Assembly (NCBI GenBank): GCA_950097015.1
Contig: CATNEN010000039.1
Location: 3,472,001-3,536,000, forward strand
From: Macrostomum hystrix
Taxonomy: Eukaryota > Animalia > Platyhelminthes
DNA length: 64,000 nucleotides
Reading direction: 5' to 3'
Positions within the stretch are counted from its first letter, which is position 1; every line of letters starts with the position of its first letter. The notes beneath the pieces are model-generated. The model ran no database searches, was not told where the DNA came from, and was given only the letters and a program-made list of their open reading frames with translations. Positions 12,109-25,835 of this stretch are shown in pieces. A program made the translations under genes and the position numbers.

Positions 12109-13699
12109 GCGTTGTTAGAAAGTAGCGGGAAATCCAACGCGACCGGCTCTTAGCGGCAATGCGGGGGATTTACTGACTGGTGATGACCAACTGAGGCGCC
12201 TGCGATGCATTTGCTGCAGGTGCCACGACAATCTTAACTGCTGCAATCAGGTAAAATAATTTAGATGAACGAGAGCTTGTACTGTCTTTGTAAAGAAGCA
12301 CATAGCTACACCGTTATTCTCAATCCACTCAGTCAGGTCTCAGATCACAAGTTTCTTATCACCATGCACTTTAGAATTTTCACAGCAGATGCATTTTAGG
12401 CAGCTTGGCAGTGTCCTAAAATGCCAATTCCACTCAACATTCACGCAATCTAAAAGTGTTTCAACTATAGCCAAGCCATTCTGTTTGCCTACCTGTGCTC
12501 TGCTATCCAAGATAAAGGCACCATTTCATTATCTATGCTTTTTCGAGATGCATTTCGTTTTTTAAATCTGCTGGCTAAAGATACTTATTAGTATATTATA
12601 TCTATATTTGGAAACATTTACGTAATTGACGTACTAATCTGAGAGGAAAGTATTGCATTTTCTGAATTCAGAAATGAAAATGCGAATAGTACGATTCTTT
12701 TCATGCTGGAAACAATGAAATAAAAACCGAATGAGTGACGGTTAACCTCTTTTATTATGCATAGCTAAACTTGAACAATCCATATCTTCAAAAAGCCTGT
12801 TCGAAATTGCCTATTGAAATACTATTTTAGTGTACTTGAAATTTGGACTAGAAACTCGAAACCTTATTCGTGTTGCTCGGATATTAAAGCGCACTGGCCC
12901 GCTTGTCTATTCCGTGTCTTTCATTATATTGACGTTAATTTTAAATCCACAACGACAAAAGGGTTCTACGCTAAGATAATTTTTTCTGAATGCGATTCAA
13001 TTGAACAGCAATTTGGGATGAAATGCATCTATAATGGCAGAAAAAATCTGGATGAGGGGGTTGAAGTAGCGTTATTTTCTGTAAATTTCTTGGATTATAT
13101 TTTTTCGGTGCACTTAACCCAGCTTGCCATTGTATGTTACAAAAATGCCTTAATACACTTAAAGAGAAGCACGTGATGGCAGAATAATAGGCCTAACAAA
13201 AGCTCTCGATATTCGCCAACAAATACTTCAGGTTGGCATTGACGTTAACTATATAATAGTTAGTTATCCGCATGAGAAGTGATCACTGTGCCTCTCTAAA
13301 CCACACAAATCATAGCGCTGACCTTGAGGCAACCAACGCCCCTTGATGTCATCAATATCGTTTCATCAGAAAAACTGATTGAAGGTGTATCCTATGAGTC
13401 AAAGAGGCCGGTAAATGCGCGGTGCAACAGGCTACATCAATAGAAACGAGCTGGGGCCTTATAAATGCAACAAAGGAACCCTAAAAACTTGCTTTTCTCA
13501 ACATACTTTTCTAAACATTACGACCGATCAACTGATTGAATTGAAAGAGACATTAAATCAAAAGCCGGTTGTAGGACCAAATTAAGAATTTGGGACAGAT
13601 TAATGCCGATCAGTAATCTGAAAGGATGAAAACCCTTTGAGAATGACACAATCGAGATAGATATAATGGCAGAATTAAGTAGACCTATTTTATTGCAGA

Positions 13700-14560
13700 A
13701 TTTAGACTTCGATAATGGCAAAGCATAGGAAATGGAAGAATGTAGACATAGAGAATGGCAGAATGTAGACATAGAGAATGGCAGAATGTAGACATAGAGA
13801 ATGGCAGAATGTAGACATAGAGAATGGCAGAATTTAGACTTCGATAATGGCAAAGCATAGGCAATGGCAGAGTGTAGACATAGAGAATTGCAGAATGTAG
13901 ACATAGAGAATGGCAGAATTTAGACTTCGATAATGGCAAAGCATAGGAAATGGAAGAATGTAGACATAGAGAATGGCAGAATGTAGACATAGAGAATGGC
14001 AGAATGTAGACATAGAGAATGGCAGAATGTAGACATAGAGAATGGCAGAATGTAGACATAGAGAATGGCAGAATGTAGACATAGAGAATGGCAGAATGTA
14101 GACATAGAGAATGGCAGAATGAAGACCTAGAGAATGGCAGAATGTAGACCTAGAGAATGGCAGAATGTAGACATAGAGAATGGCAGAATGTAGACATAGA
14201 GAATGGCAGAATGAAGACCTAGAGAATGGCAGAATGTAGACCTAGAGAATGGCAGAATGTAGACATAGAGAATGGCAGAATGTAGACATAGAGAATGGCA
14301 GAATGTAGACATAGAGAATGGCAGAATGTAGACATAGAGAATGGCAGAATTTAGACTTCGATAATGGCAAAGCATAGGCAATGGCAGAGTGTAGACCTAG
14401 AGAATGGCAGAATTTAGACATAGAGAATGGCAGAATGTAGACATAGAGAATAGCAGAATGTAGACATAGAAAAAGGCAGAATGTAGACCTAGAGAATGGC
14501 AGAATGAAGACATAGAGAATGGCAGAATGTAGACCTAGAGAATGGCAGAATTGAGACCTG
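13700..14560. repeat. 23-bp minisatellite (gagaatggcagaatgtagacata) with interspersed longer variant
   Basis: Direct tandem repeat between alpha-catenin and NHE8. Confidence 0.93.
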
Positions 14561-15313
14561 GAGAGGTAAAATGTGGACATAACTATTGGTAGAATGTAGA
14601 CCAAGCGAATTAGCAGAACGTAGAACAAAATTAACCTAAGAAGGATAAGCGAGATAACTATTATCCTTTTTTAAAGATGACAACAAAAATAGAATAGTTC
14701 TCATGGGCAGCCAGTTTTAAGCTTCCAGACAGACTGAAATGAATAATTGAACTATGACTAAAGTGCAGAGTTTTAACAATGCAACAATTACAAGCTGAAA
14801 AGTGTAGGAGTTATCCAGTCGTAAAAAGTTCTCTGATGTCTACGAGCTGACTGGTACTATACTAGATTCAATGAAAAGGTTAAAAAATGCAAAACAAAAA
14901 GCACAATGCAGCCCGCTAGCAGAAACAGCGAATAATGAAGCGGTGATGAAAATCAAGCGTATTTATTTTCATTTTGGTGTCGGTTAAATGTTAAAAAAGA
15001 ACAGGAACGTCTTACCTGTAGCAACCTATTTTTTGTATATTAGATAAAGGGTATGAGTCACACACACAGCAACGTTAGAATTTCAAATAAGTGTAGACAA
15101 ATATATGACATAGGTTAGTTTAAATTAGAATGTGTAATATAAAAGACGCAGTAGCTACTATGAGTAGGTTTGTCTCTAGTTTTTTTTCACAAAAATAAAA
15201 ACAAGTGATTTTTTGGATATTTTTCACAGCCTTGTGTACAAAAAACAGCACATGATGGTTGAAAAGAAATAGACAAAAATGATAAATTTGAGATTTAAAA
15301 GGTAGTTAGTGAA

Positions 15314-15501
15314 AAGGTGGCAAGCACCCTACCGGCGAGGACAGGCGCGCACCCGGCGCTACGTCGACTGCCTGCTGGATGATGCCGGCGCTCCGGACTC
15401 TGCCGGTGGCGCGGCCTTCGTTCGCGCCCAGGCCCTCAAGCGCGCCCTGTGACGCTGTACTAGACTCTGCTGACAGCGTACTATGTTGTTGTTATGTTGT
15501 T
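15314..15501 (+). mobile_element. 5'-truncated RTE/RTEX-type LINE fragment
   Basis: GC-rich island translating to WQAPYRRGQARTRRYVDCLLDDAG...KRAL*, resembling an RTE ORF2 C-terminus; (TTG)n tail; direct repeat GTTAGTGAA at 15305-15313 and 15502-15510. Confidence 0.72.
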
Positions 15502-16312
15502 GTTAGTGAAGCATACTACTAGAAGGGATCCAGCCCAATATAGTAAACAATAAATATTCACTTATTTTGGTCCAGTGAAGCAATATACTACTCAAATGTA
15601 AATAAAATAATAAGTAGTAAAGAAAACTTACAAACTGGGTTAAATCCAGGACTATAAATGGTTAAAGATGTGGTCCAGCAAAATCTTAGATAAAACAACT
15701 AATATGATTACCAAACTCACCTAGCTACGGCACAGCCAAAAAATAATACAATAATAGAAAAAAGGCGCATTTATACACAATATTATTTGTTATTAAAAAC
15801 AACTGTTTAACAATCTTAACAAAAAGATACAGCAAAACTACAATTAGATTTCAGTTAGCAAATCGATGTGCTAAATTTAATGAGCCTACAGTTTTTTAAA
15901 GCTCATTAAAGCTCACAGAGCAGTCACACAAAATATCATGACCTCATGACAAATAAACTATTATAAATGAGAACTGCAGACAACTAGCATCAAGACCAAC
16001 AACTGCCCATTCCGACAGGGGAAAATATAAAGAAACTGACGAGGAACAGAAGAAGGAAGAACAAAGAAAGCTGCGATAGTGATGAGAAAATGTTTACATT
16101 TTATTCTTCAGAACATCGATCTGACACCACATGAGGTCCTTACTATACTTGATCAGCTTTAAAAGGCACACGGGAAACACACACTCAAACACTAGTTAAA
16201 TTTGTTTTAAACAAGAAACTAGCGAACATAACGAAAAATGGTCTGTGTTTTTAAGAGGCCGAAAATATAAACAATTAAATGTCTGCTTATTCGATCAGCC
16301 AAAGCTACCACA

Positions 16313-19300
16313 TCAGGCGAAGGTCTCATCCTGGCCGTGGTCGAAGTCCGCAAGCTCGCGCAGCGGCTGCGCAGCGTCCTGGGCGTGCGAGCCGTGGCGC
16401 AACAGGCCGCCGTCCGGGCCGCCGCCGACAACGCCGTATTCTTCGTGTACAGCCGGCGAATAGAGCTGCTTCTTGCCAGGAGCTCGCATGCGCCACTGGA
16501 CTACAGCTCGCTGACCGGGGCCTCGCTTGTACTGCGTGCTGGCAATGTAGCTTGACTTCACCACTAGAACAACGGCGATGATGAGGTTCTTGGCCGCCTG
16601 GATGAGCGACGTGGCGCTGTCCAGGCCGGAGACGATGAGCTCGCCGCCGGCGGCGCTCTGCACGTTCACCTTGACATTGCTGGTGATGTTGAGCTGGTGG
16701 CAGTACAGGGTGATGCGCTGCAGGTAGGCCAGCAGGTCATTCTTAGTGTTGGAGTCCGGGCACTCGTCAGCGACAGCCTTGGCCAGCCTGTCCAGCTTCT
16801 GGCCGCAGTCGGAGATCCTCTTGGCCGCGTGAATCACATCCATTGTGGTCTTTAGCGGGCCGCGACCGCGCGTGAAGTCGGTCATCTCCATCATGATGAG
16901 GCACATCTGCTTGGCCAGGACCACAATCTCGTTGGCAGAGTCGTCCCACTTCACCGTCTCCCTGAGCAGCTTCTGTCTCTCCTCGATAAAGTGATTGATT
17001 TCCTCGCTGATTCGCTCCCGCTCCTGAGCTGGCAGCATGGCCATCAGGCGGCGCTGATTGTTCTCATCGTCGACCTCTTCGATAACATTCTCCTGAATTG
17101 ATGGCCAGACAGATGAGAAGTCGACATTGAGAATAAGACTCATCAGTTAAGTCAAAATAGAAAACAGATAGACATTCCACTGTGATCCTAGCATTGCCCA
17201 AGTTTGAAAATGGAGATTGCAAACTGAGCTTCGGATAATTTAACAAGAGGTCTGGAGTTTGAATCCCAGACTTAACGACGGGCCGCCAAGTCCATGGACC
17301 GAGCAGCTGTAGGCAGCGGTTAGAAGCGCTGCACAACAGCTTCATCTACATGTTTTATCTACTGACTCTGGTCATTGTACCAGAGTAACAAGGTAAACCT
17401 TGTAATAAGGTAAACATAGTTTAATACCGAATTACAATGCCAATCAAATACTAGATCTAAATACAAAAGCCTTAGCATTATACTACTGAGAGTAGAATAG
17501 TTGCAACAGTGACAAAAGCTAATAATAAGAGGAGGAAAAAGCAAACATAACGTAGTGTGAGACTTTCCAGCTAGCTTGTTTAACGTGATGGAGTATTGTT
17601 TTCAAATATGCTTTCTCTTCGACATTGTTTTAAAAATGCAATCAAATAGATTTATTGAAATCTACCAAAGCAGACACAATGCATTTCTCGGTTTAACACC
17701 AAAATCAAAGATGGCTACAAAAAAGTATCCGTGAATGAAGACATTCACACTTATTGTTGCTTTGCCGCATGAAAGAGACCAGTGTTCTCACATAGCTATC
17801 CGAGTTGTACAGATGCCAGTCAATGCCTGCGCTGTAGGTGTAGTCCTAGTGCCACAGAAACAAGCAGAATTGTGTCTTTAAAAAATATTTTCTTCTGGAG
17901 CAGTTTTTCCATTGCATTCTACTGTTAGTAGAGCATGAAGGGCAGGAACATTTAGTAGAGTATGATCTAGCCCTAGTCCATGCTAACGTTAGGACCAACA
18001 ATGCTACATTTGCACCTGACCTTGAACCCAACCAGTACAATAGACCTACAATGCTACAGGTGCACCTGACAGGTAAAACATGTTTACTGAAACAAAGAAT
18101 ACTAGTTAATATAGAATAGATAAGATTGAACCTTGATTTCATCTTTTTAATATCCAGACTCTAAGGCAGATATTTTACCGTCAGGACATTCAAGGCCGCT
18201 CACCTGGCCATGATCCACAGCAGCTCCGCTGCCAGTGCTGGCGTGGCGCATCGAGTCGTACATGCCGGCTCCGCTGAAACGCCCGCTATCGCCGTAGCCG
18301 CCGGGAAACTGGGACTCGTCAATGCGGTGGACAACAGCTCGCCGGACGTCGCGCACGCTCTCGTAGACCCGGGTGGCAACGTCACGTAGCTCGGCTTCGC
18401 TGTAGCGGCCGCCGCGATTACTCAAAGCGTTGATGCAGGTGTCGGCTGTGTCGGCGAAATGCGGAATGACCCGGTCGCGCAGCACTGTGACGGCCTCGTT
18501 GACTCGGTCAACGTACGGCCCGGGCTCGTAGGCGGCCATTTCGGCAACGACAACGTCGCAGACGCGGTCGCTGCGGCCGCGAATGCTGTGCGCCGATTTG
18601 TTAACATCGCCTGCGAAAAAGAGGCAGCCAGTGACTGAGTCAGAGTGGGATTCTGAGCTTACAGCTGAGAGTTATGATAAACTTAAGGGGATATAGGACA
18701 GGGTCTCTTAGTACCGGCCCAAACAACCTCTCAAAAAACGACTCAACCTCAAATCGGTTCAAATAGCCTCTTAAATGACAGCTTAAACTGTCTCTCTAAT
18801 GGCTGCCCAAACAATCCATCGCATGGCTGCTGAAAAAGCATCCCAAATTTATGCTTAAACAGTCTCAAATGACTGCTCAAACAGCCTCTCAAATGGCTGA
18901 TCAAACTGCCTCTCTCTCGAGGTTGTAACAATGGACTCGATGAACGGTAACTAACCTGGCTTAGCAGCGGCGGCAGCCTGCAGGCATCGCTGCACATCCT
19001 CCCAGATGTGACCCTCGGACACAGCCAGGAAGTCTTCAATATTGGTGATCTCGTCAACGGCCAGAGTCAGTAGGTCGACAGATTCGCGCCAGGCGGCTAC
19101 GAACACTTCCAGATTCTCTTGGGCTACGCGCGACTGCGGCCGCAGTGACAGAGAGCGGGCGGCGTTGAGCACCTCGCCGGTGAGCTGGTCAACCTGGCTG
19201 GCGGCTTTGCGCACCAGTTTAACTGAGTCCTCGCTGCTCATTGAGCAGGCCAATTGGCCGACTTCAATAAGTTTGGCAACGTGCTCGTGGAATAGGATGG

Positions 19301-22200
19301 CCAGGGCTTCAACCTGCGGAATATCGAGGGTGACTTGGTGATTTGCAGACGCAAGCAAGAGGATCAAAGCTAAGGGTTGAGAGGATCATAATTCATAACT
19401 CAAGGATTGAGAGGATCATAACTGAAGGGTTGAGAGGATCATAACTGAAGGGTTGAAAGGATCATAACTGAAGGGTTGAGAGGATCATAACTAAAGGGTT
19501 GTGAGGATCATAATTCATAACTCAAGGATTGAGAGGACCATAACTGAAGGGTTGAGAGGACCATAACTGAAGGGTTGTGAGGATCATAACTGAAGGGTGA
19601 AATGATCATAATTGAAGGGTTGAGAAGACCATAACTGAAGGGTTGTGAGGATCATAATTCACAACTCAAGGATTGAGAGGACCATAACTGAAGGGTTGAG
19701 AGGACCATAACTGAAGGGTTGTGAGGATCATAACTGAAGGGTTGAGAGGACCATAACTGAAGGGTTGTGAGGATCATAACTGAAGGGTTGAGAGGACCAT
19801 AACTGAAGGGTTGTGAGGATCATAACTGAAGGGTTGAGAGGACCATAACTGAAGGGTTGAGAAGACCATAACTGAAGGGTTGAGAGGATCATAACTGAAG
19901 GGTTGAGAGGATCATAACTAAAGGGTTGAGAGGAATATAACTGAAGGGATGAGAGGAGTATAACTGAAGGATTGAGAGGATCATAACTGAAGGGTTGAGA
20001 GGATCATAACTGAAGGGTTGAGAGGATCATAACTGAAGGGTTGAGAGGATCATAACTGAAGCGTTGAGGATCACACCTGACGGATTGAAAGGATAAAAAC
20101 TAAAGGTTTGAAAGAACAGAATGAAAGAAAGAATAAAAAAAGCATTTACCTGAGCCTCCTTGCCCTCGCGAGCCGCATTAAGCACCATCTCCAGCGGTCC
20201 CTCAACGCCCAGATAGCTATCAGACACGTGATCAACAACAGCCTGGCGCAGCTCGTGACGCAACCGGTCAGTGCCATTAAGAAGGCCGCGTACGGCTTCG
20301 TTTAAGGTCTGGGTTCGATCCTGGCGGCCGGCACTGCGGCCCAGCTCGGTCAACAGGTCCTGCAGCGCCTGGCGCACCGTCTGGCACTGGCCGACAATCC
20401 TGTCGCGCCTGTCGGGCCGGGTGCAGGGACTGTCGGCTAGGAGGGCGGCGCCGCTGATGATGTGCTCGAGGCGCTCCTCTAGGAATGGCCGGACCCGACT
20501 CTCAACGTATTCGTGCGGATCGATGAGCACCTGGACGGCAGAGTTGCAAGGCACTTCCTTTATACTTAAAGTAATCTATAATCCTATTGTTCGCTGGAGT
20601 TGCAGGATTAATAAAAATATTTGCAGCAGGGCTGAGAGCATTGACACATCATTTGGTGACAGTTGACCCGAAGCCAGCGGAAGCCAGAAGGAAGCCAATC
20701 CGTTGACCCCTGAGCATATACAGGCACACACGGGCACACACTGAGTCACTCTGTGTATTCGCGAGACTAATTGTGGCCTCGCTGCGAATCCTAGCCCCGG
20801 GGACCATAGTGAACTCACCCCAAACTTGGATCCTAAGGTTCATAGTTCAATATATTCACACAGTATTCGAATCACCGACCTTCTTCTCGAACTCCTCCAA
20901 AGCGGCGGACAGTTCTCCAGGACCTTCGTAGTCGAGTGGCTCCGAGCTGCCAGTGGCCTGCGTGGCGCCGCTGATGATATTGATGGCATCGGCCACCTGC
21001 TGGAATGCGAAGTCGCGATTCTCCACAGCCGAGCCGAGGTCCGGGTGTCGAATGTACACCTGAGAAGTCACGAGTTAGAGTATGAATTGAGATGTGAGAA
21101 TTTGAGCAGTCTTAGTACTCGTATATAAAAAGACAAGCAGACAAGCACCTTGGACGCAGTGAGCAGCATGGGGTTGATGCGCAGCAGGGTGGCCCTGGCG
21201 GCGGCGATTTCGTCTCGGCGACGCGGATCAATGAGGTCGACCTGGCGACGACAGGCGCGCTCATTCAATTCGACGGCGTGATCGCCGTAGCTTTCGAAGC
21301 ATCGAGTCAGATCGCTCTGATTGGTTGTCTCACGCAGCTGCTCAAGGTCGGTTTCCACCTAGAAAAGTTGGGAATTACATGCAAAAGTTGCTAGATTCGG
21401 GATCAGAATATCAAAAGATTCGGTTAAAGGCATTCAAATGCAGTTGCCAGAATCGGATAAATTTGAAGCACTTCAGGTTCTTGTTTCTAAGAATTAGGGT
21501 CGAGCTTCTGATTAGCATTCTGAAATTGAGACCTTGTACTGCATTCTGGGATCTAGATTCTGTACAGCTTCATTTGATCTAGATTCTGTACAGCATTCTG
21601 GAATCGACATTCTATCTGTACATGGTGGACGCATGGTTTTGACTTTCAGGAGATAAATTTATAACTAATAATGAGATTATTTGGAATTGGACTCATTAGA
21701 GAGCGCCAACGCACCAGTCGCAGGCTGCGCAGGAGCAGGTGGACATCGACCATGTCGGCCAGGATGAGCAGTCGAGTAACAGCGCTCAGTAGAGCCCTGG
21801 CGGCTCGAACCATCGTGGCCCGTCGGCTAGCCGAGCAGGGCTCACCGGCGAACTCGCTGGAAGCGGCGTACATATCGTCGCCAGTTCGGCGAACATCTTC
21901 AATGGCCGTCAGCATCTCGCTGTGCACATCCGGATTCTCGTCGGCAATCTCCTGGCCCTTGCGAATGAAATCCTCCGTGGCCTGCTGCACTGCCGCCACA
22001 AGCACCATGGCCCGCTTGGAGCGACCTTTGCGACGGTTGCTAGGGGCTCTAAAGTTAACTAGGGTCGTCACCTGAGTGACCAATGGCTCTAGGGTGCGTT
22101 CGACACTTTTTGTGCGAATTTCTAGATTTTTAATGTCCCATTTCTGCTGCACCCCGGATGTTGTTGTTGTCATTGTTGCTGTGCGGCTTTGCATAGTCAT
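16313..22200 (-). CDS. CTNNA: Alpha-catenin (vinculin family), about 933 aa, 7 coding exons
   Basis: Exons 22200-21715, 21358-21149, 21059-20880, 20530-20150, 19313-18956, 18610-18204 and 17092-16313 total 2802 nt in frame. Signatures LEIRTKSVERTLEPLVTQVTTLV, LLSAVTRLLILADMVDV, KWDD...LAKQMC.IMMEMTDFTRGRGPLK, SATSLIQAAKNL. Confidence 0.95.
18715..18925. repeat. Degenerate ~24-bp repeat (aaacagcctctcaaatggctgctc), alpha-catenin intron 5
   Basis: Recurrent aaaca.cctctcaaatg.ctg motif. Confidence 0.6.
19360..20075. repeat. 23-bp minisatellite (gagaggatcataactgaagggtt), alpha-catenin intron 4
   Basis: Direct tandem repeat. Confidence 0.93.
20606..20817 (-). mobile_element. SINE family A, internally deleted or variant copy 4
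   Basis: Minus strand shares cactatggtccc...gcgaggccaca and gctcaggggtca...aaatgatgtgtc...cagccctgctgca with copies 2 and 3, but lacks the central hairpin. Confidence 0.7.
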
Positions 22201-23245
22201 TGCTAGATAGCTGAGTCAGTTAGACTACTTGCTGCAAGATTGACATTCGGATTTGAAATAAAAATGCAACGTGTAGCATAATGTCACAAACACATTTTAA
22301 GTATATTTTAAGCAAAATATGTATCACTTAGCAAAAAGCATTTAAATGAATTTTACAATGCATTTCAACATTTTAACAAGCTGCTACTTAAATCCATCTT
22401 TAATTCAATTGTGATGGATGACCAGAACATCAACTTAAAGTCTTCATATTGCCTAAGAGAAAAAAGATTAATCTAATCATTCCACACAGTGGAAAAAACT
22501 AAGCCCTAGGCTTGATTAAAAAAACTTGTGTTTTAAACAAAATGAACTAGTTAATAATTAAGTAATGATTTCAAATTAGAATACATTTTTCTAATATAAA
22601 TCTACTAGTAATTTTTATATATTGATCTAAATGAAAGCTTTATATTCCTAATGCACAAAAACAAAACATGTAAGTTAATTGTAGTTTGCAAACATGAAAA
22701 TGGTTGATGAAAGTAAATTAAAATTCATTTAGAAAGCTGTATATTAAACCCTTGGTATTTATTGTTTTAGTTTTCAATTTCAGTTGTTTTTTGTCTTCAT
22801 CTGTATCTACTGTCAAGCTATAGATGGCATTCCTGTTACAAGTCATTGTGCAATGAAGATGTATAAATATGTATGTATCGTATTGTATCGTAAAATATCG
22901 TAAGTATGTAGATGTATAACTTAGCTGTTCTAATTATAGAAATAATTACACTACGGAGATAAAAAAGGTCTTTTGACATGTTTTTGTGAAATCAATTACA
23001 ACATTAAGTCAGACTTAAGATATATAGCAATTGCAGATTTGTGCTCTTTTTCTTGAAAACAACTGCGCACCTGTGCGCCTAGCAGGAGTGACCACAGTTT
23101 TTTTTATTTGCTCCATTTGGGATATGGAATATAATAGCAGAGTTTGGTATTAGAAAGTTGCAGCATTTCTTACAGCAAGCAAGCAAGTTGCAGCAAGACT
23201 CTTTCATTTTTTGGTCCTCTTGGAAATTTTTTAGTTATTTTCAAT

Positions 23246-23687
23246 GGTAGTTGTTATTTGTCTAGTTAACCAGACAAATAGCCATTTGGTTATTCGTCCG
23301 GTCCAGTTAACCGGTTAACCACCCAAGGACATAATTTCTCCCCTTTCAATGAGCAGCAGCAACGATCCTCCCAAAGACCACTCTTGCCCTGCTAATAGCC
23401 ATCTTGAGTCTTGACCTCACAAAGACCAAACTATACCCTAGAACTAAGTTAGTCCCTGAAACAACCGAATTTCTGGAAAAGGTTTTAATTTTTTTAATTA
23501 GCTCATAAGCGAAAATAATTTGAGACACAAACATCAAATCTGAATGACTATCCTTTTGCCGCTTGTTAATTATTTTATCTTACAAATGATAGAGGTTCTC
23601 GTGGTAGCGCTACAACCCCTACAACCTCGGTTAACCGGACGAATAACCAAATGGCCAAATAACCAAACCGGACAAATATCAACTACC
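23246..23687. mobile_element. Mutator (MULE)-type MITE, 442 bp
   Basis: Long imperfect TIRs starting GGTAGTTG and ending CAACTACC; exact 9-bp TSD ATTTTCAAT (23237-23245 and 23688-23696). Confidence 0.87.
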
Positions 23688-24103
23688 ATTTTCAATAGTC
23701 AATTTTAGAAGTGTCAATCAAAATAAATGTGAGTCACACATCTACACATTGTAGATAGTAACTTTACATTTAACTATTCCAGTTTTATTTAATCAGACTG
23801 AAACAATCATAAATGAGATTTTATATCCTAAATTTAAAATTGTAATTTAGAAATTTGAAATGGAAAATTGATTTCTATCATGTGTACTTTTATAAAAACA
23901 ATTACACTGTTAGAATTTACAATTTGCAGCATCTGTTGTAGTTGACAAATGTCATCTTGTTGGGTATGATTTTTTTGGAAAATAGCTGATGCATAAGGTC
24001 AGCCAAACTGTCCTAAATCTATACCAACAACAGCATAATAAACTGTAATTTGAGTCAACTTTCGACTGTATTAATTTCAGCCTTATCAGTAATAACCTGC
24101 TAC

Positions 24104-24190
24104 CATACATGCGCAACACCCGGCCGACCCGGCCGAACTGGCCGGGTGAAACGAGGGCCAAGCAAGTTAAGTCGCAAAAACCAATAGACC
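24104..24190. mobile_element. Truncated left end of the same hAT MITE family as 25557-25835
   Basis: catacatgcgcaacaccc...ggccgggtgaaa...gccaagcaag.taagtcgcaaaaa is shared with 25557-25640. Confidence 0.75.
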
Positions 24191-25556
24191 ACAGTGTAAG
24201 TGAAGTGAAGTGTAACATTTTGACATTTGTAAGAGTACACCTGCTTTGCAGGCTGGATGACACATCTAGCTTGCGTCGTTGAAATAGGCTTACAATAGTT
24301 TTACTGCAAATTTAGATACATGTCTAAAAGAGATAAAATTAGAGGCATAACAAAACTAGTTAATGAGTCAGCCATTGACAGCGATATGAGTTACATTTGT
24401 GGTCAGAAGATGAGCGTCTGGTGTTTCACCCGCCTTTTCCGTTACCCAAATACAAATATGTTGCGGAAAAAAAGTTTTTACTGCAATACTAATGTATCAA
24501 AAACTGAGTTTTTTTTCTCAACTATTATTTTGCATTTTTATGTATTTTATGGTAGAAAAAATACTATGCCTCTGCACTTTTGTTTTAAAAAATATTATTT
24601 CAAACCCGCAACGTAAAAATGAGCAATATGTTCATGAAAAGGTCATGTCTAGGCCTAGTAAAATATTACATTCAAAATATACCTTTAAAGCTACCTTTTA
24701 TTGTGTTAGAAAGTTGGAAGTTAGATTAAACAGATGTGCATAGCCTAACTCAAGTCTCAGATTCGGTTGTGGTTTTTCTAAGAAAATAAATTATCGTCAA
24801 ATTCTATGAAAGTTCTTAAGCATCTACCTAAAAAACGAAGGTGAAAAGTCGTCCTGACTGATGTTAATTCTGTATTAATTTTTTTTGTGCTTTCTGTTTT
24901 GTTTGCATTTCTACATTTTCACGGACCAGCTACTGAAACAAATCGTCGATTGTTTGTATTTGAGTATATAGGGCCTATTTGTGGTATTCTATATAAAGTC
25001 CTTTAATAAATAAATATATATAAGAATATAACTAAATGAGTTGTTAGGACTGGTTGTGATACTATTTTTCTGGCCCTATAGACTGGGTGTGTTTTTTTAT
25101 GCTTCTAGCTAAGTGAAAGTAATTTGTAGGCTGTTTTGGGCTTTTTGAACTCTAACTCTATAAAATACTAAATGCATTTTTCCAATTTAGGTCCCATTCT
25201 TAAAACTTCACCAACTAACAATGTCTTCAAGTGGGTTGTATACAGTATGTTGTTGACAGGCTATTAAAAAAATGTCTATTTTAGCATTACCAAAAGTGTA
25301 AGTGTAAACACCATAATGGTCCACAGCTAGCTACAGTGGGACCAAAAGGAGTGGCAAAAGGCAGTAGTTTTTTATTAGGCCTATATTATTTTACCTAAAT
25401 GTCTCCACATGTTACCAAAGCCCAAAGGCAAAATGTATTGAGTGTTACTAAAATGTATATTTTATGAATCATCCTTGGGTCATTCTAGCTTCTTAGGCCT
25501 ACCTGTAGGCTGTAACTATAAAAATGTATACATAAATTAGGTGATACAAGTCTGCT

Positions 25557-25835
25557 CATACATGCGCAACACCCGCCGACCCGGGTCGGCCGGGTGAAAT
25601 GAGTGCCAAGCAAGGTAAGTCGCAAAAAACAATTGACCAAGCACAAAAAATTAAAGGGGGGACCAAGGGACAAAAAAGGAAAAAGGGGAGAGAAAAAGAG
25701 AGCAAATGAGAGCAAACTAAGTCGTAAATAGAGCAATGAAATGAACTAAGTTGCAAATAAGAGCAAACAAAATCATTAAAAGAGCAAAAACCAAGTCGCA
25801 CAGCCGGCTAAGATTTGGGCGGTTGCGCATGTATG
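25557..25835. mobile_element. hAT-type MITE, 279 bp
   Basis: TIR CATACATGCGCAAC / GTTGCGCATGTATG; 8-bp TSD agtctgct / agtatgct (1 mismatch). Confidence 0.82.

Noticed and set aside
17250-17345. Permuted tRNA-like segment with a B-box-like motif upstream of an A-box-like motif
   Set aside because: Motifs are weak and no cloverleaf forms; more likely a degraded repeat.
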